A stretch of 63,848 bases of DNA, filler included, from Octopus bimaculoides (Eukaryota): NCBI RefSeq assembly GCF_001194135.2. It is 6 parts of 6 records of this genome, joined end to end, with 100 filler letters (N's around TTAATTAATTAA, not from the genome) between each part and the next. Parts side by side here need not be neighbours in the genome. Positions count along the whole stretch, not along the records: positions 23,991 to 42,008 come from NC_068986.1; 5 more parts are not named here. One strand, given 5' to 3'. The translations under genes and the position numbers were made by a program. The notes beneath the pieces are model-generated. The model had not been told where the DNA came from. It worked only from the letters and a program-made list of their open reading frames with translations, and searched no databases. This document shows, one piece after another, positions 25,700 through 37,917 of the stretch. The stretch's first letter is position 1. Every line of letters begins with the position of its first letter.

Positions 25700-27170
25700 G
25701 TAGGGGGAGAATTCACAAAAAAAACAAAGGATGAAGACAGGTGGTGTAGACAACAAACAGATGTATTAGTTTAATGCTTGGGAAGTGAAAAAGTCTTTAA
25801 TGTTTCGAGCCTATGCTCTTCCACAGAAAGGAACACAGAAAGAAACAAGGAAAGAAAATAAAGAATGTGTAGTGGCTAGCGATCTATCATGGTGAATGCC
25901 GGACAGCAGGGTCACACAGGAGAGCTAGGAAGGAGGGGAGATAATAAAGTAGTGGTGATCCCAAAACGAAGATGTGCATGTGTGTGTATAAGAGAGTATG
26001 TATGTGCATGTGGAAGAGGGTTGGTGACCTTGATGTGTGCGTGTGTGTATGTGTAGGTGTGAAGATGTGGGGCTNNNNNNNNNNNNNNNNNNNNNNNNNN
26101 NNNNNNNNNNNNNNNNNNNNNNNNNNNNNNNNNNNNNNNNNNNNNNNNNNNNNNNNNNNNNNNNNNNNNNNNNNNNNNNNNNNNNNNNNNNNNNNNNNNN
26201 NNNNNNNNNNNNNNNNNNNNNNNNNNNNNNNNNNNNNNNNNNNNNNNNNNNNNNNNNNNNNNNNNNNNNNNNNNNNNNNNNNNNNNNNNNNNNNNNNNNN
26301 NNNNNNNNNNNNNNNNNNNNNNNNNNNNNNNNNNNNNNNNNNNNNNNNNNNNNNNNNNNNNNNNNNNNNNNNNNNNNNNNNNNNNNNNNNNNNNNNNNNN
26401 NNNNNNNNNNNNNNNNNNNNNNNNNNNNNNNNNNNNNNNNNNNNNNNNNNNNNNNNNNNNNNNNNNNNNNNNNNNNNNNNNNNNNNNNNNNNNNNNNNNN
26501 NNNNNNNNNNNNNNNNNNNGAGGGGTAGAGGTGGGGTATGCGGGAGTGGGTGTAAGGGATGGGGTGAGGTGGATGGGAAGGATAGGGAAGGTGGGGTTGG
26601 AATGTGTAGGGTGGGGTGGGGTTACGAGGTAGGGGTGACGATGAGGCGGAGGAAAGGTGGGTAGGAGTGAAGAGAAGAGAAAAGGAGAGTAGTAGTGAAG
26701 AGAAGTAGGAGTCGGAGCAAGAGAGGAGAGATGGGTGGGAGGAAGTAGGTGTGAGGGGGAGAGAGGCGAGGGGAGGAGGTTAGATGAAGAGGGGAGGAGA
26801 GTTGAGCCCATGTGGTGCGAAGANNNNNNNNNNTAGAAATGCAGGTGAAGGAGTCGGTGATGTGATAGGGTCGATGATGGGTGCCGGTGAGGAGGGTGGT
26901 GTGGGAGAGATAAGGGCAAGTGCGGCAGCGTGGGCAGGAGCAGGGGAACGAACCAAGCTGGGAGGTTGGGTCAGGGAAGAATCTGTGGACCAAGGGGTCT
27001 CGTAGGTTGTGGGCTCATTTGAATGAGCGGAGGGGTCGGTTAGGGAAGATGTGAAAAGTGGAGGGGTCGGACTGGAGTCGCCGGAAGGCTCAGAGAATGG
27101 TGCGTTGGAGAGGAAGGGTGGTGGGGTGGTAGGTGAGAGTAAACGGGAGGCAGGAGATGACAGATGCATA
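25700..27170 (-). mobile_element. Penelope-like element remnant (linker and Cys-rich region upstream of GIY-YIG, plus 3' end)
   Basis: Minus translation FTLTYHPTTLPLQRTIL*AFRRLQSDPSTFHIFPNRPLRSFK*AHNLRDPLV...GSFPCSCPRCRTCPY...ITDSFTCIS; terminal GAGCATAGGCTCGAAACATT motif. Confidence 0.85.
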
Positions 27171-28100
27171 TATTAATGTGTCTTTGTGTTTGAATTTACC
27201 TCCTATTACCATTTGACAGTGTTGGTTTGTTTGTGTCCCCACAACTTTGAGTTGGCAAAAAGAGACTGATATATAATAAGAACCAAGCTTAGAAAATATA
27301 AATAAGCACTGAGGTTGATTTGTTTGACTAAATCTTTCAAGGTGGTGCCCCAGCATGACCGCAGTCTAATGACTGAACAAGATAAGAAAGAAGAAAAACT
27401 TTTGAATCGCTAGCGATCGACATGGAAGAGGAAAAGAGTTTTCATAGTAATCTTACAAATGGCTACATAAGATTAATTGGAGTGATCTCAACTCATGAAA
27501 TGTATTAATTTTTGACATATTGATGCCATCAAAGAATGACAAATGTCCAATTAAGAGATAATCAAGATATAAATAAAAGAACATCTTAAAAAGACAGATA
27601 AAAATCTTATTTTAGGGGGAAAGAAATTTTGATTTGCTTCAAACCGTATCAGCATAGTCAAAGAAATTCATAAAGGAATTTTAACTTTACTGGGTTATTA
27701 TTTTTTTAATGTTTGGCACAAGAGGAATGTAGCACACACCTGTTATAAATGAGCATTAACTCTGTAAATGTGTATGTTTGTATGTGTGTCTCCAAAAATG
27801 AAAGTAAAATATGAAAGAAATAAAGAAGTGAAAAATCTTGGAATCAAAACACAAGTGTGCACATGTATACAAGCATGAAGAAAAACTATATAAAATATAT
27901 ACAAGCACATACACATTGCTTATTCAACACACACACACACACACACATATACAGCATATACAGTTGTGAAATTTACAAATCTTTTGGTCAAATTATGATG
28001 GTGTTTTCATGTGAATGGCACCAAATTCTCCCAGTCATATCACACAGAACTTTCCTTTACAGGACAGAATTCAAATAACACAACTTACATGTGCATTCAG

Positions 28101-28174
28101 GTGGCACCAGTCAATAGTACAGAAAATTATGCAGGGTTTTTGCTTAGAATCAGTGAAGGAAAATATCCATACTG
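28101..28174 (+). CDS. Host gene exon 2 (VAPVNSTENYAGFLLRISEGKYPY+TG)
   Basis: GTGCATTCAG acceptor and CTG/GTAAGA donor; phase 0 to 2; open frame. Confidence 0.65.
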
Positions 28175-29289
28175 GTAAGATTGATTAGATACAAATTGCC
28201 AAAAATCCTGTGTTTTCTGGATTAACTCTACAATGTTTTTGCAACTGTATTTTTGCAAATTCTAGGGACCACAGTCTTATGCTGTGCCAGTATGCCATTC
28301 TTTTGTTTAACTAACAATAGTGTTAATGGAATTGATAACATTATGACTGGTTGCTTTCCAGGTCAAATCAAAGAATATTTCAGAAGTACCATGGTCTTGA
28401 AGAGCGATGAAGCACATCTTTACTAAACTGAATTTTAAGCACAATTTATTGAGGTAGGATGGTTAAGTACAAAAAGTGCCCCAGTTGTACTTCTAAATTT
28501 GATACCACTAACATGGCGATTAAAATTGGCACAAGCTATATTATCAAGAGCCTCAACAGTGCAGTTATTTACTGTTATTGCTTCTGGCACTCATAAAGGG
28601 TAAGAGCTATTTATTCCAAGAATACATATGCAATAAAGTCATCATGTTCTGCCATTCCAAATACAAAGGCAGTAATTTCTTGTCAAACTAATTCTTTTGT
28701 CATACAATTCACAAAGTTCAATACCAGACGCATTGGGAAGTTCAGCATCAATGTACAGAACAAAGAATGCTTCTCTCTTTGCTTTATGTTGGTATATCAA
28801 GAATAAGAAATTTAAGTAGCCTCACCATTGTGGTAAAAACAAAGAATGGAAATGGATCTTCTATGTAACCAGAAATTCTGTTGTAGTATTCATAATCTCT
28901 ATTTCTCAAGATTACAACACTTATGTTAATTTCAATAGTTCATCAAAGTATTAACTATTGTCACCGTAAGTGATAATCAATATACCTTCATGCAAAGTAA
29001 TAAATACTACATTATTTTTCTACAACACACAAATTAGTTTGTTGACTTAAAACAGAAACATATATTTATATATTTCCAGTGAATATATATATATATAAAC
29101 AATACTACTTTTCTTGGTGTTGTAGTTTCAAAACGATTATATTTCTTTGCATGTATTGCTGTCTATTATCAATCCTGTGCTTTCAAAATCTTTGTATCTA
29201 AAGAAAAAGAAGAAAAGAGCCACCTGATTTGTTGACATGAGATCACTTTCCAGTTCACTTTAACTTTTGGCCCACAGGTGTGCTTTGTC

Positions 29290-29540
29290 ATCTCTCTGTC
29301 TTTTCTACCACTACTACAACAGCTTCTGCTCCTCAGCCCTAACTGGTCTCATTCCACTTCCATCCAGATGAGCTTGACTTACTCATCACCTACATTATAA
29401 TATCCAGTGGTCTTCTTTCCTCTCTTGACTGTTCTATTTCTGGAATTCTCTGTTGTATTTTTCCTACAACTATTCCAGAGATACAATCATTGACACCAAT
29501 CTTACTAGTCTCAGGTAGGGTCTGTGACTGTTAAGGCCCC
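29290..29540 (+). mobile_element. CR1/L2-like LINE 3' fragment
   Basis: SLSFLPLLQQLLL and S(G/W)NSL...VFFPTT-like decayed translation resemble the CR1 end pattern SLFYRYY.G.CSSEL...LWNSLP..VFP. Confidence 0.45.
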
Positions 29541-29689
29541 TCCTTCAGACTAAACCATTTCATAAACAAGAAAAAAAAAAGGGGAATTTGGTGATTACAT
29601 GTAATTATGAATATTAACAAATTTCAAATACAAACTAATGATGAGGGAAGAAAATCGTTCCCCATAAAAATAATTTCTCTGCCTCTTAA

Positions 29690-30010
29690 CCCCTTCTGCA
29701 CTATCTCCTTTCTGTGACTCTCTGAACCCTATCACACTGTTTCACTTTGACTCACCGTCCCTAGCATGCTATCTCTTCATTGTAACTCTCTGGCCTCTAT
29801 TACATTGTCTCCTCAATGTGACTTTCTGAGCCTTCTTACATAATCTCCTGACCCCTGTCACACTCTTCTCACTATAACCTTCTAATTTCTACCATATTAT
29901 CTCCTCACTGTGATCCTTTGACCTCTATCACACTATCACCTCACTGTAAATCTCAGACTCCATTACACTCGCCCCTCACTTTGACCTGCTGACCCCACTC
30001 ACATTGTCCC
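29690..30010. repeat. Degenerate 36-bp minisatellite, about 9 units
   Basis: Approximate consensus CTATCTCCTCACTGTGACCCTCTGACCCCTATCACA; several units are exactly 36 bp. Confidence 0.75.
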
Positions 30011-30751
30011 TTTGTCAGGGTCCTACATCACTACTAAACAATATCAGTCAATGAGTGATTCTCAGTGTAGTCTCTTGATCTGCTGGAAATAACAACCAAA
30101 TCTCCCTCAAATTACATGCAAATGTCTTTAAATAAGACAATTATGTAATCCATAAAGAATTAAGTTAGCCTATGTCTGAAATTAAGATGAATAGTCAAAG
30201 CAAAAATGTCTTTTTGATCACAAGTCTGTTCAGTTAATGTTGATCTAGGATATATATACCAACTTCTAAAAGTTCTGAGCAACTTTTATGTCCTCCTTTA
30301 ATATCATCTGTTCACCCTGCCCTTAACAGCAATGCCTTCTTCAAACTGTAAAATTTTTGGCCATATATTCTATCACAGTAATCTTGCCAAAATGTCCCAG
30401 CTCTCTGACTGAAAAGGGCACCAGTCATCTATAGTCATTCTTCGGGTTTCATACAAAAAAATATGCTTTTGTAGGTAGGAATTAGAACATGAAACTGCTG
30501 AGGTTCTTTACTAGTTTACTGATCTCTGTTGTAACTTCTTTCTAAACAGATATATCATCATCAACATCGTTTTAGCATCCACTTTCCCATGCTCCACAAT
30601 GGGCTAGATGGAATTTGTTGTGGTGGGTTTTCTACAGTAGGATGCCCTCCCTGTTGCTAACCCTCACCTGTTTTCAAGCAAAGTAATATTTCCCTGTGGC
30701 CAGACATGTTCTCACAGAATACTGGAAACAAAGAACACCAGCTGGATGACA

Positions 30752-30990
30752 GTGGAGGCACGTGGCTTAGTGGTTAGGATATTTTACTCCTGATTGTAAG
30801 ATTGTGGTTTTGATTCCCAGACCAGGCAATGTATTGTGTTCTTAAACAAAACAATTCATTTCATATTGCTCCAGTCCACTCAGCTGACAAAAATGTGTAA
30901 TACTGCAATGGATTGTTGCCCCATCTAGGTGGAGAATTTATATGCAATGGAAACCAGGAAACCAGCCCTTATGAGTCAGCATTACTCAAG
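30752..30990 (+). mobile_element. SINE family C (tRNA head + TGTGTTCTTGAGCAAGACACTT...CTCCAGTCCACTCAGCTG core)
   Basis: A-box GTGGCTTAGTGGTTAG and B-box-like GATTCCC; homologous to 37918, 55715 and 59600. Confidence 0.7.
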
Positions 30991-31782
30991 AAGGTTCTTT
31001 TAAGGTTACTTGGATAACACTCATTTACAACTATTATATGCTATCAGTAATAGTAATACACTCACACATACACACACATACACACATGTGCTTATGTGCC
31101 CACACACAAACACCCTTATATATGCATATTCAAATATATATACAATAGGCTTCTTACAGTTTTCATCTACCAAATCCACTCACAAGGTGCCACGCAGTGA
31201 GACGGAACCTGGAACCATATGGTTGGGAAGCAAACTTCTTACCACACAGCCACACCTGCATCTATATTTTCTCCATAGATAATCGATTCATCAGAAATGT
31301 GGAAATGGAATAGAAAAATAAAACGCAAAGAAGCAATAATTTACAATAAAGTGTCTAATCTGATGTATGTGAGAAGAGGTCGGTATAGGTTAATACTTCA
31401 ATAAATAAACCTGATTATGTTGGTGGGAGAGTCAGAAGAGAGTTGTGCCGGTGGGTTTTGGATGTCACTTTTAGAAATTTATACATTTATCAGCATATTT
31501 TTTTTTTATGGATATTTGTCAAAATTGTTTTATCAGAAGGTCACTTAGATATCACAACACAAACTTCATTATCATTATCATCACAGCTACCGCAATGATG
31601 TCCACTTCTTCCTCGTCATGAAACTCATTATCGTTATAATCAAAATTATGGTGAACATACTTCTATTTCTCTATGTCTTCTTCACTGCCACTGCCACCAC
31701 TGCAATCACTGCCACTGCCACCGCTGCCACTGCAACCACTGCTGTTGCCACTGTCATCATTGTATCACCCACTTACCAGTGC

Positions 31783-31818
31783 CATCACCATCATCATCAT
31801 CATCATTATCATCATCAC

Positions 31819-31856
<38 letters not shown>

Positions 31857-31860
31857 CCAC

Positions 31861-31910
<50 letters not shown>

Positions 31911-31914
31911 CCAC

Positions 31915-31965
<51 letters not shown>

Positions 31966-31966
31966 T

Positions 31967-32009
<43 letters not shown>

Positions 32010-32016
32010 CCACCAC

Positions 32017-32060
<44 letters not shown>

Positions 32061-32169
32061 CCATCCATCCATCCAACAACCAATATCCTTATCATCTACC
32101 CACCACCACCATCACTATCACCATCACCACCACCACTACTCTCACAAGTTTCACCACCATCATCATCAC

Positions 32170-32214
<45 letters not shown>

Positions 32215-32223
32215 TATCACCAC
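31783..32223. repeat. Long (CAT/CAC)n trinucleotide array
   Basis: About 440 bp; source of the poly-His/Ile/Ser ORFs in the track. Confidence 0.95.
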
Positions 32224-32659
32224 GAGATCAGATACACTCCCAATCCACAATGAATAGCAAAACTATACTGTTCCAACCATTCCTCTAGTATGTTTTATTA
32301 AGTTGTGATGTGTAAGAGACCCATTAATAAGGGATCATTAATTTCAAGACAGCAGCACCAGAATATGTAATGGGGTAACAGTTCAGATCTAAGTTCCCTG
32401 AAACCAAGTAGAACATTACAAAGTTTAATTCCTAGTTGAAGCTTTGCCATGTCATTTGTTACTAATGTTCTTGGGAAAGGCAGGAATATTGAAGGTACAT
32501 AATCTCATTCCTCTCTCTATAGACTTTTCTCTTTGTTTTTTTCCATTTCCGAAGTGAAGTCCTCTCTTGTTGGTTGCCAATTTTGGACAATGGAAGAGAG
32601 CAAACAAATTTGCCACAAGATCTCTCTGCTCCCTTTTATTCCTTTATTATTTCACTTGT

Positions 32660-32810
32660 TTAAGGTGCCAGGCCGGCAGAATCATTAGCACACCAGGCAA
32701 AATGCTTAACAGCATTTCGTCCATCTTTACAGTCTGAGTTCAAATTCTGCCAGGGTCAACTTTACCTTTCATCTTTTTGGGGGTCAATAAAATAATTACT
32801 AGCTTTTTTT
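32660..32810 (+). mobile_element. SINE family A copy
   Basis: GGCAGAATCATTAGCACACCAGGCAAAATGCTTAAC...GAGTTCAAATTCTGCC. Confidence 0.8.
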
Positions 32811-32964
32811 ACCTTTATATGCAATGCATGTTCCTTCTTTTCCAGTGTATACTGTGTACACTTCCTTTTTTTATCATTTCATTATTATATGTAAACTCCC
32901 ACATTTTATGTCTGCCTCTGTATTGTCCCTCTTCATCCTTCAACCTTGTGGCAAATAAATGAAA

Positions 32965-33004
<40 letters not shown>

Positions 33005-33017
33005 TATTATTATTATT

Positions 33018-33234
33018 GTTCAGTAGTTTTATTTTTATAGCGTGCTTTCACTTCACTACCGAGCACAGCTCTATGTGCCTTGGGTATGTGCTGTGGTTTG
33101 CTGTGGTGCTCTTATGTTTACTGTATTGAAAGTGTTTTGCGTAGGATGTGTGCAGTGGCCAGTAGTGCAATTTTCTGTATGTTATACATATTTGTAAGTC
33201 CTGGTGTTTTTGTTTTGTATTTGTCTGAATATTT

Positions 33235-33236
<2 letters not shown>
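33018..33236 (-). mobile_element. R4/Dong-clade non-LTR retrotransposon 3' end
   Basis: Minus translation PGLTNMYNIQKIALLATAHILRKTLSIQ* matches the R4/Dong C-terminal IQK.ALLGTAHILRK.L motif; (TAA)n on both flanks. Confidence 0.75.
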
Positions 33237-33298
<62 letters not shown>

Positions 33299-33706
33299 TT
33301 AGCATGGCAGACAAAATATTTAGCAGCATTTCATCTGTCCTTACTTTCTGAGTTCAAATTCTACTGGGGTCAACTTTGCATTTTTTTCCTTTCAGTGTTG
33401 ACAAAATAAGTACAAGTCAATGCACTCTGATTGGTGTAAGTGACTAGCCCTCTTCCCCCAAAATTTCAGGCTTTATCATAGAAGAGGATTATTTCTATAA
33501 GCCCTAAGTGATAAATGGAGAAAGCATTTTTATTATTATCATTATTGTTGTTATTGTTATTATTGTTATTATTATCATTATTAATAGAAACTGTTTACTT
33601 TAAAGTTTTGTTATTAAACAAGCTTCTCAAAACATTGAGAAGCCACTTTTAATGGAGAAACCTTGAAATGAACAGTCACTATTAACAATTTTATACATAC
33701 ATGCAC

Positions 33707-33737
<31 letters not shown>

Positions 33738-34419
33738 TACATGCATGCGCATGCACACACGCACACGCACATACACAATCTGTCTTTGCACTCTTTGTCT
33801 GTACATTCATAAAACTATAAAACACCAATAAATAATATATGTGTATATAATTAAATAAGCTAACCAGTTCTCTTTTTGTTATGTTATGGATTTAGTAAGT
33901 AAAACCTATATGAAAGCACTGAAAGTTCCTATAACTACTAATTATATTTTTTTTAAATTTTTATTAAAATATATTAAATTTTGATTAGTAAAATATAATT
34001 GTCTTTATTTGATTAAATCTACAAAACTATCTATTGTTCACTGTTTTATTAAATCTTGCTTTTTCTTTCTATTCTACAAATCATTTTTGGTTCTCATGTT
34101 AAGAACACTAAAACTATTGTTTCCTAGCTTATGATTATATCCCTAGTACTAGAACTGGTTATATCAGTACCAATGCTTGATTGGTACTTTATTTCATCTA
34201 CAGCAGTATAGTAAAAGGTAAGTGTTGTGTTTCACTCACTTAGAAAATATACTGAATGTTCGTAACTGCAAGTTATACAGCTCACTTCTGAGGGCCACAC
34301 TGTACAGTTCCTAGCATTATCCTCCACATGTGTCATGGTATCGCCCCTTTTATGGCTACCAGCTCATCCATATCTCATCTCATGATTTCAACATGGTTGC
34401 ATGAGACTTCCCTTGAGAG

Positions 34420-34471
<52 letters not shown>

Positions 34472-35399
34472 GGATGCCAAAATCAGCAACCCAATGCAAC
34501 TATCACAGTAAGCCTGAGATTTGAACTCAGAATGTAGAGGACTAACACTAAATACTGCAAGGCATTTTAGTTCTTGCTCTAATGATTCCACCAATCTATT
34601 GTCCTGAAAATATTGGAGGTATTGAAACAGAAGAGAGAAAATTGAAATGTCTTTAAAAATGTGAAATAAATACAATTTTCAATCGTAAATATTGTCCTTT
34701 TCATATACACACACATATACATATATGGTTCACATAAGATTTCTGGTGGGGTGGGGTCCACACAACAAAATATTAAATGGGGGTTTGCAACAGTATCAAA
34801 AGGGCCCTGGAAAATATATTGCTTCAGATGTATGTATTGGTATATATAGCAAGAAACAGTTAGGTTTCTTTCTCTAATTTTAAATTATCCAATCTACACA
34901 AGTTAATGTGTGCAAAACAAAATGGAAATTTTGAAAGAAGTTTCTATAAAACTAGTTTTTAAAAATAGAATGGCTGTGGAGGTCCACCAGAATAAAATAG
35001 TAATCAAAGGGATCCATAAATAAAAAATGGTTGAGAACCCCTGATGTATATGTGTGGTTGTTGGTGTCTCCTTGTCTTGATGTCATGTGATAGTTGTAAA
35101 CGAGTGGGTGATCGGAGCAGCAATTAAGATGAATGTCAAATGATGAGGGTTTGCAAAATAACGCTGTCACTAAGCAGCCTTCTAAAAACTTAACTTTTGT
35201 ATCCTTAAAAATTGATGCTAGTTTTTGAAAAGCTTCACAAGAATTTTATGTTGGACTTAAAGTAGTAGTTTTGTGTGAAGCTGTCACAAAAATACAGAAA
35301 CTTTACATGTCTATCTGGCATTTCTTTCCAAACAAATAAAAAAAAAATCATCAATGAACCATAACTAGAGTATTGGTTCATGACCATGCAGTGATTTAA

Positions 35400-35760
35400 A
35401 TGCCTTTAGTCACTGATGTTCAAAATGTTATGATTTATACAGAAAGTGGGATCTGTAATGAATCCCATTTGGTATACACAGCTGAATGCACAAAGCACAA
35501 CTTGATTTATGTTGGTTGCACAAGAGAAAAATTTAACAAAAGATTTAATGGCCATAGGTATGACATGAGGCATAATAATACTATTTCAATGGAAGTTGCA
35601 GAGCATTTTACATCAAACAACTGTAAATCTGTTGAATATCTGAAAGTACACATTCTCAGAAAATATACTGACTCTACTGAACTTTCAGTCCACATGAAGT
35701 GAGTTACTAATGTCACGACCTGGCGGGCTGAAAAATGTCTGGAGAATTCCATCAGGTTTA
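35400..35760 (+). mobile_element. Penelope GIY-YIG endonuclease remnant
   Basis: CNESHLVYTAECTKHNLIYVGCTREKFNKRFNGHRYDMRH...VAEHF. Confidence 0.85.
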
Positions 35761-36271
35761 TATAAAACATTTTAGCTAAGTATTCCTTTTCTTTCTTTTT
35801 TTCTTGTTTCTGCTAGTTATGAACAAGCAAAACTTGATAGTGTCTTTTTGTCTGAGTAGAAATGCAGGAGAGTCCAGCTGAAATTTTGAATTTCTGCATT
35901 TCTATATAAACTTGTATTGTAAACTATTACTTTCTCCTTAAAACCAGAATTCATTTTAGGGAATACGAGCTCCCACACACATCCACCTTTCATGGGCAAC
36001 TTCCAGATGATGTGTCAATAAGGTATCATCAATGTAATTATCTGACCTCTAATTACTTTCTCACTTTTTAGAAAACCAAAAGACACATTAGTTTATGAAT
36101 AGAAGGGTTGGTCATGATTATAATGTCTTTAACCCTTTAGATTTAAGCTGAATATTCTACCTCTTTTATGTTCAAACTAGCCAGATCCAGACTCTCACAC
36201 CTATCTGACAATGTTATTCTAAAAATAAACAATCACATCTTCAAAATTTGGAAGCTACAATATACTACATA

Positions 36272-36954
36272 CTCTTTTACTCTTTTACTTGTTTCAGTCA
36301 TTTGACTGCGGCCATGCTGGAGCACCGCCTTTAGTTGCAAAAATCGACCCCAGGACTTATTCTTTGGATGCCTAGTACTTATTCTATCGGTCCCTTTTGG
36401 CGAACTGCTAAGTTACGGGGACGTAAACACACCACCATCGGTTGTCAAGCGATGTTGGGGGGACAAACACAGACACACAAACACATACACACATACATAC
36501 ATATATATACATATATATATATACATATATACATATATATACATATATACGACGGGCTTCTTTCAGTTTCTGTCTACCAAATCCACTCACAAGGCTTTGG
36601 TTGGCCCGAGGCTATAGTAGAAGGCGGCGAGCTAGCAGAAACGTTAGCGAGCTGGGCGAGATGCTTAGAAGTATTTCGTCTGTCGCTACGTTCTGAGTTC
36701 AAATTCCGCCGAGGTCGACTTTGCCTTTCATCCTTTCGGGGTCGATAAATAAAGTAGCAGTTACGCACTGGGGTCGATGTAATCGACTTAATCCCTTTGT
36801 CTGTCCTTGTTTGTCCTCTCTATGTTTAGCCCCTTGTTGGCAGTAAAGAAATATATAGTAGAAGACACTTGCCCAAGGTGCCACGCAGTGGGAATGAACC
36901 CGGAACCATGTGGTTGGTAAGCAAGCTACTTACCACACAGCCACTCCTGCACCT
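36272..36954 (-). mobile_element. SINE family B, full length
   Basis: Reverse complement of the 57462-57940 copy, with a central (TA/CA)n. Confidence 0.9.
36623..36853 (+). mobile_element. SINE family A, young full-length copy
   Basis: GGCGGCGAGCTAGCAGAAACGTTAGC head and GAGTTCAAATTCC B-box; 10-bp TSD TATAGTAGAA at 36613-36622 and 36854-36863. Confidence 0.9.
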
Positions 36955-37917
36955 ATGATTATTTTTTTTAAATGTGAATAAATAAGCATTGATTTCATGA
37001 ATTAATCTGAATGCGAAAGGGTTAATCTAAATCAGGGCTGATCAAGGACTAATCAAAAACAACAACAGCAACTGCTACATGATGAGTCAACAAGGAAGCT
37101 TCTATGCAGGTATACAACCTGCAAGAAATAGCAGCCAAATTTTTCCAAACGACACCATAGTATCTTAGAAAAAAATAATGTAATTTTGTGTACATTGTCT
37201 GAAAATAAGATGAGATTTTTATGGTTGGAGTAGCAATTACTATAAATATAACCAGAAACAACAATGCCTCCAGAAACGACAACGACACTAATAATAACAA
37301 CAACAACAACAGCCACAGCTAAAACCAACAACAACAATACCCAAATGAAAATATTCCTTTACTATACATCTTTTTGTGACATTATCTGAAGCTTTATTCC
37401 TCTAGAAAGATTATATTCTTAATAACGATCAATCTGAATGAACATATAATCAACAAATTGGCAAATTCGTTAAATCATCAGGTGAAATGCATTACAGTAT
37501 TTATTCCGGTTTCTTGCATTTTGAATTCAAATCCCACTGCAGTCAACCCCGCCTTACATCTAAGGTGGTGGGCAGGTGAGATCATTAAAGCACTGGATAT
37601 CAATACCTTGTGGTATTTTATTCCCACTCTTTGTGTTCAGGGTTTGAATCCTGCTGAGCCTATGCCGATATTAGATTTAATCCATCAGTCAATTTAACAT
37701 CCCATTTGATCCTTCAGGGCCTACAAAGTTACAAGCATTTAGGCTTGATAATACCTTCTTCATTCCCCCCATACACACCTACCCACCCACCAGTCTTGGA
37801 GGCTTCATGAAAGATCATGAACACTACCTTACCTTCTTGACTAAAGTCATGCACTTTTTTTATAACCAAGAAAATTTTCAGCTCTGAGTAACTTTAAGAC
37901 CCAATTATGTTACAAGT

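Larger units (their letters stand above)
36133..37021. mobile_element. piggyBac-type MITE interrupted by nested SINEs
   Basis: TTAA/CCCTTTAG ... CGAAAGGG/TTAA termini; the interior matches the uninterrupted copy at 56353-56544. Confidence 0.75.

Noticed and set aside
22900-28174. Resemblance of LMDHW...GFLLRISE to the STAT SH2 motif GTFLLRFSE
   Set aside because: Spacing and the downstream sequence do not fit an SH2 fold; a short-motif coincidence.
28362-28453. TTTCCAG...GAG/GTAGGA exon candidate
   Set aside because: Stops in all three frames before the donor.
31618-32288. Poly-His/Ile/Ser/Asp/Met ORFs, and similar poly-CV, YI, HT and SL ORFs throughout
   Set aside because: Translations of microsatellites, with no splice or composition support.
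34202-34217. Micro-exon-like segment before AAG/GTAAGT
   Set aside because: It lies in a decayed minus-strand SINE A fragment.
36623-36700. tRNA-like A/B boxes here and at 15228, 30752, 57462 and 59600
   Set aside because: These are SINE heads continuing into SINE bodies; no complete cloverleaf or acceptor stem seen.
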